Virus record (IMG/VR): IMGVR_UViG_3300035171_000016
Coordinates: 83,761-147,760 of that record
Source: a virus
DNA length: 64,000 nt
Strand: one strand, 5' to 3'
Below are positions 47,650 through 57,140 of this stretch, one piece after another. The position numbers and the translations under genes were made by a program. Under the pieces are notes generated by a model. The model saw only the letters and a program-made list of their open reading frames with translations. It was not told where the DNA came from and searched no databases. Position 1 is the stretch's first letter, and each line of letters starts with the position of its first letter.

Positions 47650-47674
47650 TTACACTAAATCTGTCCTTGTGAAA
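47650..47674 (-). promoter_or_regulatory. putative phage late promoter
   Basis: TTTCAC-N13-GTGTAA. Confidence 0.65.
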
Positions 47675-47699
47675 TTATTTTTTATTTTATAAATGGCAT

Positions 47700-47981
47700 T
47701 TATTTATCATTTTTCCATGATTTAGGAATAGGACAGGAATGTTTTTCCATTTTACTTTTTACTTTTTTCATAAAGGTTTCGTGGCTCATTTTTCCTTTAT
47801 ATCTACCCCAAGCTCTAACTGCTGCCTCTAAATCCACACATTCTTTACCCTTCCTAATAGGAAAAGACTTTCTTTCTTCGTCTAAGTATTCTGTTGTTTT
47901 TGAGTTTCTTTCTTTATAACTAACATATGCTGCATTTGAATCATCGGCGGCATTAATTTCAAAAATATGTATATTCTTCAT
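47700..47981 (-). CDS. small protein (DUF6582-like)
   Basis: RKSFPI....D..AAVRAWGRY...; GTGTAA motif at 48001-48006. Confidence 0.45.
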   Translation of the reverse strand: MKNIHIFEINAADDSNAAYVSYKERNSKTTEYLDEERKSFPIRKGKECVDLEAAVRAWGRYKGKMSHETFMKKVKSKMEKHSCPIPKSWKNDK

Positions 47982-48032
47982 AAAAGATATTTTATATATA
48001 TTACACCTGTTTGTATAGTTTTTATAATTAAA

Positions 48033-48893
48033 TTAACTAGTATTTCTTACTCTTGCTATTTTTAATGTAATAAATGAGAAAAATGATTCATTAGTCATTT
48101 TTTGAATATCTGCCGCCATAGCTCTTTTACCGAAATCACTTATTTCGACAGATTCTATTAAGGCCCCTAGGCCCTGAGCAACTCTATTTCCTACTATACC
48201 TGTGTAGTTATAAGGAATATTATTCTTAAATCCTCCTAAATTATTAAATGGAAATTCATTTGAATTTAATAATGGTATATATTCATTCATTGCATCTTTA
48301 AAATTAGAACAAATAGCATCTAATTGAAACTGAGACTCTGCAAAAACATAACAATTTATTTCAGAATTTGTCTTTTTTAGTCCACCTAATGCCCATGGCT
48401 CATTATTTCCTAATTCATTTTTAACAAAAATAACAGGATAAGCAAATTGATTATTTAATACTCCTGTAGGAATTTGAGGTAATTTAGGCCGTAAAGACAT
48501 TTTAGTTTCAAATAATATAGTCATATCTGAAAAGCTTGCCACTATAGCAGGAACTTCATTAAAAGAATATATTCCAGAAATAGGAGAATTTATTTGTATA
48601 GAATCTGGGATATATACGTTTCCATTGTAATAATCAATACTAACTCCGCTTTGACCGTTAGCTACAAAAGAGTTACCAATATATACTCCCGTCATTACAG
48701 TACAATTAGGTACGGAAATATCACTACAGAGAGGTTTAAACGAGCTAGAATAGGTTTTAAAGCCATTAAATGTTTGTTGTATAGGGTAGAACTGGCCCGT
48801 GGTAGTATAAAATGCTTGCCCCTGAGTTAATAGGCGATTATTAAGATAGAGTATAGTACTCGAAACTAATAAATTTTCATAAGTAGCTAACAT
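48033..48893 (-). CDS. putative tail completion/terminator protein
   Basis: YPVIFV......PWALGG; position before the tail tube. Confidence 0.5.
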   Translation of the reverse strand: MLATYENLLVSSTILYLNNRLLTQGQAFYTTTGQFYPIQQTFNGFKTYSSSFKPLCSDISVPNCTVMTGVYIGNSFVANGQSGVSIDYYNGNVYIPDSIQINSPISGIYSFNEVPAIVASFSDMTILFETKMSLRPKLPQIPTGVLNNQFAYPVIFVKNELGNNEPWALGGLKKTNSEINCYVFAESQFQLDAICSNFKDAMNEYIPLLNSNEFPFNNLGGFKNNIPYNYTGIVGNRVAQGLGALIESVEISDFGKRAMAADIQKMTNESFFSFITLKIARVRNTS

Positions 48894-48907
48894 ATCTTTA
48901 TTTTACA

Positions 48908-49531
48908 CTATTTGAACCTAGCTATAAATTTATCAAGTATGTCTTTTAAATAGTTCTTTTGAGGAGTAAACTCTGCCTTATTTTTTACATCTCCCTTTGA
49001 TTGTAAACCTGTACCACTTCTACTATTTTCGGTTTTAAAACCCTCAGACCAAAAAATATATTTAGCTAAATATGTAATTCCGTTTTCTATCATATCAAGC
49101 CAAGAGCGGTTTGTCCACTCAGCTATACCAAAATCATCAACCGAAGAATATATTTCTTTTTTAGATGGCACCCTAACTCTAAATGCAAAATTAACCTTAT
49201 TATTATCTATTGAAACTTTAGGTTTTTCATCCATTGAAATAGACTCTTTTAACACCTCTTTTAAATTTTCAATAGGTTCGGCCCCCTCATAAAAACCTAT
49301 TGCTGCGGCTATATTTCCTTTTGATATAATTTCACTTTGTGTAATTGCTGGGTTTTCACAGGCAGCAACAACTTGTTTACTAACTTCGCTATTATCAATA
49401 TCTTCTTCTAGTCCTTTTAAAGCAAAAACAAACCTTGTATTAGCTGCATTTTTAGCTAATCCCTGAAATCTTTTACTACTAGCAACTGATTCATTTAGCT
49501 TTTTTTTTATAGAAATAGTATTGATTACCAT
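48908..49531 (-). CDS. putative neck protein
   Basis: SW...IE.GI...SRSGTGLQ; neck module position. Confidence 0.45.
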   Translation of the reverse strand: MVINTISIKKKLNESVASSKRFQGLAKNAANTRFVFALKGLEEDIDNSEVSKQVVAACENPAITQSEIISKGNIAAAIGFYEGAEPIENLKEVLKESISMDEKPKVSIDNNKVNFAFRVRVPSKKEIYSSVDDFGIAEWTNRSWLDMIENGITYLAKYIFWSEGFKTENSRSGTGLQSKGDVKNKAEFTPQKNYLKDILDKFIARFK

Positions 49532-49535
49532 ATAA

Positions 49536-49994
49536 TTATTTAGTAGAGGTTAGCCTGAAATAATAATATTTTAAACCAATAAAATTTTGAACTTTATAAG
49601 TATTTTCTTGGTTATATGCCTGACCATCAACAATTAACATTTGTGTTAAACCATTTAATATAAAATTTTTACAATCTTCTTGGACTTTTATTAAAATTTG
49701 ATTAGAATCAATATTAAATTTTAATTGAGCAAACTGGTTGCTATTCATTTGATTTGGATATATAATAATGGCCGGAAATACTCCAGTAATAGGTGGGTTA
49801 TAAGATATATCCGATAAATTAATCGTATCAGCTCCATAGCCCGGAAATACTACCTCTCCAGAATTTATTATTGTTTGAACTGGAGATTTAATAATATTTA
49901 TATAATTATTAGATTGTGCCCCAAATAAATCGAAATGCTGCCCAAATATTCCAGTAATTTCGGATTGCTGACTTGATGTAACTAATTGAGCCAT
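49536..49994 (-). CDS. putative head closure protein
   Basis: position and size. Confidence 0.45.
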   Translation of the reverse strand: MAQLVTSSQQSEITGIFGQHFDLFGAQSNNYINIIKSPVQTIINSGEVVFPGYGADTINLSDISYNPPITGVFPAIIIYPNQMNSNQFAQLKFNIDSNQILIKVQEDCKNFILNGLTQMLIVDGQAYNQENTYKVQNFIGLKYYYFRLTSTK

Positions 49995-50001
49995 TTAATT
50001 A

Positions 50002-50535
50002 TTAAATAATGTCTTGTTCGTATAAATCTCCAGACTCTCTTATTTGAGACTGATATGAAACAAAAATATCATCACCAGTAACATCTTTTGCGGTTTGATT
50101 TCTCATTTTATATTTATTAACTAAATTCTTTAAATCCTGATTAATAGATTTTCTTAAATCCAAGTAAACTCTAGCCAACTGATGTCTTTCTGTAAATCTA
50201 ACAATTCCTCCATCAGATTGTATTTGAGAAATAGAATTAACGGCTCCAACTCCAGTTAGATTTCTTATTAGCCGATTATAATAAGAAAGCATATAAATAT
50301 ATTTATATACATTAGCAGCATCGTCATTAATTAAACAATTAATATTTTTTCCATCTATTAGTTCTAGAAAATTTACTCCTTGCGTATTATTTAAAGTAAA
50401 ACAGGTTCCAAGCATATTGTTTAAATCGTTAACATTAGAACGATAATAAGCTATTAACGATGGAATAGAAATATTAGTAGCTTCTTCGGCCATTTCATTT
50501 TTAAATATATTAGTTGCCCAATCTACAGCTTTCAT
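50002..50535 (-). CDS. putative head-tail adaptor
   Basis: helical protein first in the neck module. Confidence 0.45.
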   Translation of the reverse strand: MKAVDWATNIFKNEMAEEATNISIPSLIAYYRSNVNDLNNMLGTCFTLNNTQGVNFLELIDGKNINCLINDDAANVYKYIYMLSYYNRLIRNLTGVGAVNSISQIQSDGGIVRFTERHQLARVYLDLRKSINQDLKNLVNKYKMRNQTAKDVTGDDIFVSYQSQIRESGDLYEQDII

Positions 50536-50559
50536 ATTATTATTTATTTTGTTATTAAA

Positions 50560-51207
50560 TTAAGAAATATTCCAATAGTATCCATCACAACTTAATATAT
50601 AAGCTTCTCCGCTATTAGCTTGAAAAGTTGTAGTGGCCGAAGATGAATAAATTTTATCATTTTGTTGTCCAGATAAAGTAATAGACGCTCCTCCACGATT
50701 TTTTATCAAATATAAAGTTCCATTTGATGTAGATATAAGAGGCAAAGTCCAAACAACATTTGAAACACCTGTAAAAAAATAACTTTCGTAAGAACTTAAA
50801 GTAATATTTGACGATGTTACTATATATGTTGGCGTAGGCGGTATAGGAGCATTTCCCGTTTGCTGTTGCGTTGAATAGGTTGATGGAAAAATATTAAAAT
50901 CTCCATCTAATACTCTAGTAACCGAACTATTATTATATATTTCTATATCGTAAATAAACGAACCCGCTGGCAAGGACATAGTATCAGATGAAGAGCCGCT
51001 TATAGATAATATTCCACTTTCAAATGGAGATACGGTATTAACATTTAATTTAAGTATATATCCAGTATCTCCCCACTGATTTTTGACATATCCTTGTGCC
51101 GCAAAACCACTAAAATTTATATACGAGCCATTACTATCTTGACAATTTACATATGTCAAAAAACTTGTTCCAGCAACCAAATTAAAATCATAAGAAGTAT
51201 TACTCAT
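50560..51207 (-). CDS. virion protein, BppU-like N-terminus plus small C-terminal beta domain
   Basis: GTSF...G..IN.SG...LPAG.F.YDIE...RVL.G. Confidence 0.55.
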   Translation of the reverse strand: MSNTSYDFNLVAGTSFLTYVNCQDSNGSYINFSGFAAQGYVKNQWGDTGYILKLNVNTVSPFESGILSISGSSSDTMSLPAGSFIYDIEIYNNSSVTRVLDGDFNIFPSTYSTQQQTGNAPIPPTPTYIVTSSNITLSSYESYFFTGVSNVVWTLPLISTSNGTLYLIKNRGGASITLSGQQNDKIYSSSATTTFQANSGEAYILSCDGYYWNIS

Positions 51208-51229
51208 ATATACATTTTATCTTTATAAT

Positions 51230-51259
51230 TTACACTATTAAAAACCTGTATTAGTGTAA
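51230..51259. promoter_or_regulatory. back-to-back late promoters
   Basis: TTACAC-N18-GTGTAA between divergent genes 51207(-) and 51286(+). Confidence 0.6.
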
Positions 51260-51285
51260 ATAAATTATATATTAAGTAAATAAAT

Positions 51286-52125
51286 ATGTCCACAACACAA
51301 GTTCAATGGAGAAGAGGCTCTGGAAGTACCATTAATACGTTTATTGGAGCTTCTGGAGAAATAGTAGTAAATACCGATACTAACCAAATTGTCGTTCAGG
51401 ATAATCTTACAGCCGGTGGATGGACTGGCGCAAGAATTATTGATTTAAATAATATGTCTGGTAAAATTACCAGTGGTATTAATATTACAAATGTAGCAAA
51501 CGTAGTATATCAAACCGGAAACCAAACCATATCTGGAACTAAAGTTTTTAATAGTGCGATTAACGACACTAGTAATTTTCAAACAATAGACTTAAATAAT
51601 AGAATATTATCAGATAGTACGTCTAGTTTATCTATAGATTATAATAATAGGTATTTAGTAGAGCCTATTAGCAATCCTAAAGCCTCTTTAGACTGGGGTA
51701 ACAGAAGATTAAACAATTTAGCTGGCAATGTATCTATAGACTGGGCAACTGGGACTATGCTAGATACATCTGCGGCATTATCAATTAGCTATCAATCAAG
51801 AATATTGTCAGGTTCTTGGTATATACAATCTGGCTTATTTACTCAAGCCATAGCTCTTTCTCCGGCCTTAAATAGTTCATCTATTACTTTATCTAGGTCT
51901 CCATTTTATATAAATAATAGCACGTCAAATGTTACTTGGACTCTTCCTTTAATAAGTAGCTGTACTGGAAAGGTTTATCAAATTAAAAATCGTGGAGCAC
52001 AGGTTACCCTTACTGGCTCATCTAATGATTTATTTTTTGCCCAATATCCTGTAATATCTTTTACAGTAAATAGCGGAGAAGCTTACCAATTAGCTAATGA
52101 CGGAACTTATTGGAATATAATGTAA
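51286..52125 (+). CDS. tail fibre-like protein (Mtd-N-like domain plus repeats)
   Basis: VQWRRGS...F.GASGEIVVNTDT..IVVQD..TAGG; ~15-aa SID(W/Y).NR.L repeats. Confidence 0.65.
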   Translation: MSTTQVQWRRGSGSTINTFIGASGEIVVNTDTNQIVVQDNLTAGGWTGARIIDLNNMSGKITSGINITNVANVVYQTGNQTISGTKVFNSAINDTSNFQTIDLNNRILSDSTSSLSIDYNNRYLVEPISNPKASLDWGNRRLNNLAGNVSIDWATGTMLDTSAALSISYQSRILSGSWYIQSGLFTQAIALSPALNSSSITLSRSPFYINNSTSNVTWTLPLISSCTGKVYQIKNRGAQVTLTGSSNDLFFAQYPVISFTVNSGEAYQLANDGTYWNIM

Positions 52126-52133
52126 TTAACCTA

Positions 52134-53984
52134 TTAAGGTTTAATTAAAAGGTACCCTCCAACCGTAGGAGTACTTGTAGGTAAATATGGTAAAAATGAC
52201 CACCCAGTAGAAGTCCAATAAAAAGTAGCTGTTCCATTATTAGGCAAAAGAAGGCTAGAACCAATTGGGTTATCGCTTAAATCCGTAGCTTGTACAAAAA
52301 CTGAATTTCCATTATTGTTATTATTTGTAATTGTAAAAGTATTATTAATTATATTTAATCCTACACAATCGGAAGACTTAGGAAGATATATTAACCCGTT
52401 GTTAGCAAAGTGAGTAGATTGTATTGAGGCCGTTTTATAATCTAATAGATTTACAGCATCATAACAACATACATTATAAGCATCAAAAGCATTATAACCA
52501 GCATCGGTAAAAAATGCCGGATTATTTATTGCATTATTTAGTCTTCCGCCTATATTTCCATATAATACTACATTAGTCATATGAGAGGAATCAAAGTTAG
52601 CATATAAACCACCAGAAATATTATTTGACACTAAACAATTTATAACATTATTACCAGCTTCTCCTCCGCCAACTTGCACCGCCGTTGAACAGTTTAATGT
52701 ATTATCATTAATTATAATATTAGCATTTGGATAAGCGAAAGGAATTACTCCAGCGGTACTCCCAAGCGTTGCTCCAGTTCCTCCGTTTACGGTATTATTA
52801 CAAAATCTAATATTGCTACCAGAAGCAGTTAACATAGCAATATCCGACATTGCATTAAAAGTATTATTAGAAATAATATACCAACTATTTGTTCCTGTTC
52901 CTCCGTTAAAAGCTATACCACGCATTCCCCAAATTGTGTTATTCATAAACCAACTAGTTCCATGATTATTTCTAAGTTGATAATATTCTTCAACTTGAGA
53001 CATATTTGTGAACAGGCATCCGGTAGTAGTTTTTGCTGGATATATATTCATTGCCGTAGCATTATTGTCTCTAAATATACAATTAGTAATAAATGCGAAT
53101 CCATTGGTTGAACTACCTACTGATTTCATTACTTCTCCTCGCCAATTTTGAAATATACAATTAGTAAGATTAATATTTTCGTATCTATTAGCGTCTGATA
53201 TATCTACAAGGGCATCATGTGTTTGGTCCCATCCTGTTCCATCCACAACACTAGCTGGTTGAGGAGTATTAACAGAAAAACCATTTTGAAGGCCGCCATC
53301 AATAGTCATACTAGAAAGGCTAAAGTAAATAGATGGGGACGTATCTGGAAGAACAAACATAAAACCTCTATAAACTTCACCAGTAGACCGGCCAGTAAAT
53401 GAAAAATTAGTATATACTCCCCATGCCCCGTCTCCCGTTAATGTTGTTGCTGTTCTGCCCGCGCCAATCCAGTTAACATGATTAGTACAATATATGTCTC
53501 CCATATACCAAGCTCCAAAAGGAGTTCCTAATTGTTGATATGAGATTAAAAGATAATTACCCGCTGGAATAGTTATAGTAGTTCCAGTTCCTAATGCATC
53601 GTGTGCGGCCTGAAAAGCATTGACATTATTAGTTCCTATAATACAATACAATCCAGTTCCGGTAAGCATTGCGGGAGTTGATAAGGTAGCATTTGCCCCG
53701 CTTACAGACGAAAGAGTGGCAACTAAATCTTGATGATTTGGAAGAGTAGTTAAATTACCAGCCCCAAATATTTCAACAGTTTCCCCTAATCTTAAAGATA
53801 CATTTTGAGAAAAGGTGACAGACGTGGAATTACTAGTAGTATTAACGGTTAGGTTAGTGCAGTCTCCAATAGCTCCATATGTAGAAACATCTAATGAAAA
53901 TGCAGGAATAGGAGCAATAATCATTAAAAATATTAACTTTATAATATAGTTAATTATTTTTTTATGAGAAAAAAAATATTTCAT
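52134..53984 (-). CDS. right-handed beta-helix (pectate lyase-like) protein with predicted signal peptide
   Basis: DVSTYGAIGD, AFQAA.D, IPAGNYL, many I.NN repeats; hydrophobic leader ending AFS; ATGA coupling at 53984. Confidence 0.7.
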   Translation of the reverse strand: MKYFFSHKKIINYIIKLIFLMIIAPIPAFSLDVSTYGAIGDCTNLTVNTTSNSTSVTFSQNVSLRLGETVEIFGAGNLTTLPNHQDLVATLSSVSGANATLSTPAMLTGTGLYCIIGTNNVNAFQAAHDALGTGTTITIPAGNYLLISYQQLGTPFGAWYMGDIYCTNHVNWIGAGRTATTLTGDGAWGVYTNFSFTGRSTGEVYRGFMFVLPDTSPSIYFSLSSMTIDGGLQNGFSVNTPQPASVVDGTGWDQTHDALVDISDANRYENINLTNCIFQNWRGEVMKSVGSSTNGFAFITNCIFRDNNATAMNIYPAKTTTGCLFTNMSQVEEYYQLRNNHGTSWFMNNTIWGMRGIAFNGGTGTNSWYIISNNTFNAMSDIAMLTASGSNIRFCNNTVNGGTGATLGSTAGVIPFAYPNANIIINDNTLNCSTAVQVGGGEAGNNVINCLVSNNISGGLYANFDSSHMTNVVLYGNIGGRLNNAINNPAFFTDAGYNAFDAYNVCCYDAVNLLDYKTASIQSTHFANNGLIYLPKSSDCVGLNIINNTFTITNNNNNGNSVFVQATDLSDNPIGSSLLLPNNGTATFYWTSTGWSFLPYLPTSTPTVGGYLLIKP

Positions 53985-54496
53985 TGTGGAACTAGGCCAC
54001 ATTTCCAACTCATATAAACTCCGCTTACTGAGCTTATACTATTATTGGTACATAGCAAACAACATAGGGTAGTCGAACTAACTGTAAAAGAACTTGTTGT
54101 ATTAGAACATAAATTTGCTACCTGTGCCGAAGCACCCCCAACTAGGGTAGCTCTCATTGCTTCAACTCCATTTGTTAAAATAATAAATGATAGATTTGTT
54201 CCACTATTTACTGCTGGATATGTATAATTTACCCAAAAATTCGTATAAGTGCCGTATGCCAGAGGAAGCTCCATTGATGTTCTTGACGAATTATGAGCCA
54301 TTGAGCCAACTGGGTTTATATAATCTAAACTTGAGTTATTATTAATATTAAAAGAACCACCACCAGTAGAGCCGCTAAACCCTATAGTTTCTCCTTTAGA
54401 TGGTATTTGCGTACTATATATATATCCAGAAAAACTATTAGTACAAATACTCAAAAAAATAACTAAATAAAAATATTTTTTTATTATTTTAAACAT
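53981..54496 (-). CDS. small secreted-type protein
   Basis: MFKIIKKYFYLVIFLSICTNSFS leader; N/T/S-rich. Confidence 0.6.
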   Translation of the reverse strand: MFKIIKKYFYLVIFLSICTNSFSGYIYSTQIPSKGETIGFSGSTGGGSFNINNNSSLDYINPVGSMAHNSSRTSMELPLAYGTYTNFWVNYTYPAVNSGTNLSFIILTNGVEAMRATLVGGASAQVANLCSNTTSSFTVSSTTLCCLLCTNNSISSVSGVYMSWKCGLVPQ

Positions 54497-54514
54497 TTTC
54501 GTTAATAATTAATA

Positions 54515-56572
54515 TTACTGCGTAATTTGAACCCATGTAGCTGATGCTCCCGCTGGGTTTGTTATATTAAGAACATCGCCCCATCTTAACATAAAACTTC
54601 CTCCTGTTTGTGGAGTGGCAACCGTTCTATTATTTATACCAATACCACTATGAGAAGTACTTAATAAATTAAATTGCATTAATGGAGCATAATAGTTTGT
54701 ATAATTCATTGTTCCGCTAACGGCAACTGCTGTTGATATACCGTAGTTGGTCTGGAAGAACGGATGCTCAACTGGCCAAGGGATTTTATTCATCAGATTT
54801 ACTGCTGCCTGTTGATATACAACATTGTTTGTAGGGTTAGCCGGATGGACATTATCAATACTAATAATATTCATCAGACTGTCATTACAATATCTCCATT
54901 CCGGCGATGAGTAAGCCAATAGCGGCCAATCGGCTACCCGAGCGTTATACTCCACCAAATTAAAATTGTTCGACAGTTGAAATCCAGCAGCCGATGAACC
55001 GAATCTCATAGTCTGTCTAAATATCACATCCCAGCCATTTGTTACGCATTCGGTATAGTAATTTGTAAAATAGCTGAACGTATTTGAAGGCGCAACCCAG
55101 CCCCCCGCATTTGCCATTACCTGATTTCTGCCTAAGTCTGTAATGACTTTCCTGTTCAGGAACTTTGATTTAGGAAGCAGAAATAAATTATCATGCTTCA
55201 TCGAAATGGTGGAACCATTATTAAAGGCGATGTTGGATATGGTGGTAAAACCAGAGCCGCCATTGGCGTTATTGATTGGCAATACTTCTTTGCCTGCTGC
55301 TGTCCAGTTTCCGCTATTTCCGTAGTAGTAGTAGTAAATAAACTGAGACTTGGATGATTGCGAGGTGCCTTGAACGATGGTTCCATCAATAGCCGAGTTA
55401 TCCATGATTGAGTCCCCTTCAATGCAAACAGCAGTATCTCCATCGAATAGCCAAGACGCGATTGCATAAGAATCGGCTAACATATTGGTGTCATATCCAC
55501 CATTAAACAGTAATACAGATTCTACTTCAATTTGCGATGCAAAGTTTCCAAGTGCTAGGATGGAAGCATTGTCCAAAGCTAGATTAAGTAAGTTGTACCC
55601 GTTAGTCGTGGTGATAGCAGAAATACCGGCATTTGTGAAAACTAATTGCTTATAGCTACCGCTCCAACCAGCGATGTTACCATCATATCCCGCCATGTAA
55701 TGATTAAGGCCGTCCGTTGTTAAGGTATATGTATGACGTAAAAGAGGTAGAATATTGATTACTCCAGACTGACCCGCTGGGCTCCAGCCATTATCATTAA
55801 GAATGGATGCCGAGTTTGTATACTGACCATAATAGGTTCCGATTGGATTCCCTGCGGCAAAAGGAACAATTTGACCCCAAAAACTGCAAAACCCTTCAGG
55901 ATTTTCGTAGGTTAAGTCGTCATTATTATTGGTGTTTTTTAGTGACCAAACAAGCGAGTGATAAGAGCTATTCTGCGATGACTCCATTGCCGTTCCTGGC
56001 TGACGAAAGGTTACGGCAATAGTGAAGTTAGTTCCAACAGAGCATGGAAACCTAAGAAATACATTGGCATTTGTAGTACCATCTACGTTATTAAATAACT
56101 TTATACCAAATGAAGTTTGAACCGCACCATTATTTGTATAAGGATTCCCAAAATAAGATAAATTTGTACCATTTGGATTCCATCGTGCCGGAAAAATAAG
56201 CGCATCATTCAGAGCTCTTCCGCGTTTGATTATTTCATTTTGGAAACCAACTGCCCAATCTATACTAAGAGCATCATTTACTCCCTGACGTTTTAGCCAA
56301 GTTAATGCATTTGTATCATTATACGGCTGAGAAGCATTTGTAATTCCCGGGCCAACATTTAAATTAGTACCAGATACGTTAAACTGTCCCACGTTTGGTG
56401 TTAAAACACTACTTGCAGGAATTCCGCTATCTACGACCCCGCCAGTACCATTACCTCTAAAAAGATTAGTAGTAGAAGGAAAGCCACCATTAGGAATATA
56501 TGCCGCAGTACCAGTTAAACAGATACTTAGTAAAGCTACTAAACCAAAAATTTTCTTGAAATTATTAAACAT
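54515..56572 (-). CDS. SGNH/GDSL hydrolase-domain protein with predicted signal peptide
   Basis: Leader MFNNFKKIFGLVALLSICLTGTA; blocks EGDSI, NGGS, LGRN, DNVHP. Confidence 0.7.
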   Translation of the reverse strand: MFNNFKKIFGLVALLSICLTGTAAYIPNGGFPSTTNLFRGNGTGGVVDSGIPASSVLTPNVGQFNVSGTNLNVGPGITNASQPYNDTNALTWLKRQGVNDALSIDWAVGFQNEIIKRGRALNDALIFPARWNPNGTNLSYFGNPYTNNGAVQTSFGIKLFNNVDGTTNANVFLRFPCSVGTNFTIAVTFRQPGTAMESSQNSSYHSLVWSLKNTNNNDDLTYENPEGFCSFWGQIVPFAAGNPIGTYYGQYTNSASILNDNGWSPAGQSGVINILPLLRHTYTLTTDGLNHYMAGYDGNIAGWSGSYKQLVFTNAGISAITTTNGYNLLNLALDNASILALGNFASQIEVESVLLFNGGYDTNMLADSYAIASWLFDGDTAVCIEGDSIMDNSAIDGTIVQGTSQSSKSQFIYYYYYGNSGNWTAAGKEVLPINNANGGSGFTTISNIAFNNGSTISMKHDNLFLLPKSKFLNRKVITDLGRNQVMANAGGWVAPSNTFSYFTNYYTECVTNGWDVIFRQTMRFGSSAAGFQLSNNFNLVEYNARVADWPLLAYSSPEWRYCNDSLMNIISIDNVHPANPTNNVVYQQAAVNLMNKIPWPVEHPFFQTNYGISTAVAVSGTMNYTNYYAPLMQFNLLSTSHSGIGINNRTVATPQTGGSFMLRWGDVLNITNPAGASATWVQITQ

Positions 56573-56619
56573 AAATTTAATTACACGTTTATCCTTTATA
56601 TACTTGACAATAACTAAAA

Positions 56620-57009
56620 TTATTTAGCAGCCGACATAATTTCTAAACCAATTTTTTGCTTTTCTTTAGAAAGTTGCTGAGTAGTAAATTTAGTCGGAGT
56701 TTTATATGCAAGAGCATACTTATCAAACTCAACTAATAACTGTTTCTTTAAACGAGTAATATCAGAAATAGGAATTAGGCCCGCGCGGATTGCATGGTCA
56801 CGAATTTCGGCGGTATTGAAGGATTCTAGCTTAGATACATATTCGGCCTTATCTAAAGTTCCATATTTACCAAGTCCATCCGCTCCTAGTAGAATTTCTA
56901 ACTTTGTTGAGCCTACCGGCTGTTCGATTAAACGTCCATCAGTCTGCTCTAGGTCTGAAAGCTTGGTAATCTTTTTAGCGGTCTTAGATGATTTATTTGA
57001 ATTTTTCAT
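56620..57009 (-). CDS. hypothetical late protein
   Basis: Full late promoter upstream at 57095-57120. Confidence 0.6.
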   Translation of the reverse strand: MKNSNKSSKTAKKITKLSDLEQTDGRLIEQPVGSTKLEILLGADGLGKYGTLDKAEYVSKLESFNTAEIRDHAIRAGLIPISDITRLKKQLLVEFDKYALAYKTPTKFTTQQLSKEKQKIGLEIMSAAK

Positions 57010-57094
57010 AATTTTATTCTTATTTTATAATAGCCTTATACATGAATAATTAAAGTATTAAAATTAATTTTAAAACATAAGTACTCTTTAATCT

Positions 57095-57120
57095 TTACAC
57101 TGAAAAAGAGTTTAGTGAAA
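57095..57120 (-). promoter_or_regulatory. putative phage late promoter
   Basis: TTTCAC-N14-GTGTAA. Confidence 0.65.
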
Positions 57121-57140
57121 TAAAATAGTAAAATAATATT

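Noticed and set aside
51286-52125. Diversity-generating retroelement suggested by Mtd-N domain and paralogous C-termini
   Set aside because: No reverse transcriptase in the window. Differences between the repeats are not adenine-specific, and both copies are coding.
53981-56572. Lipoprotein signal (LSIC) in the secreted-type proteins
   Set aside because: Ile at -1 does not fit the lipobox [GAS]C, so SPase I cleavage a few residues later is more plausible.
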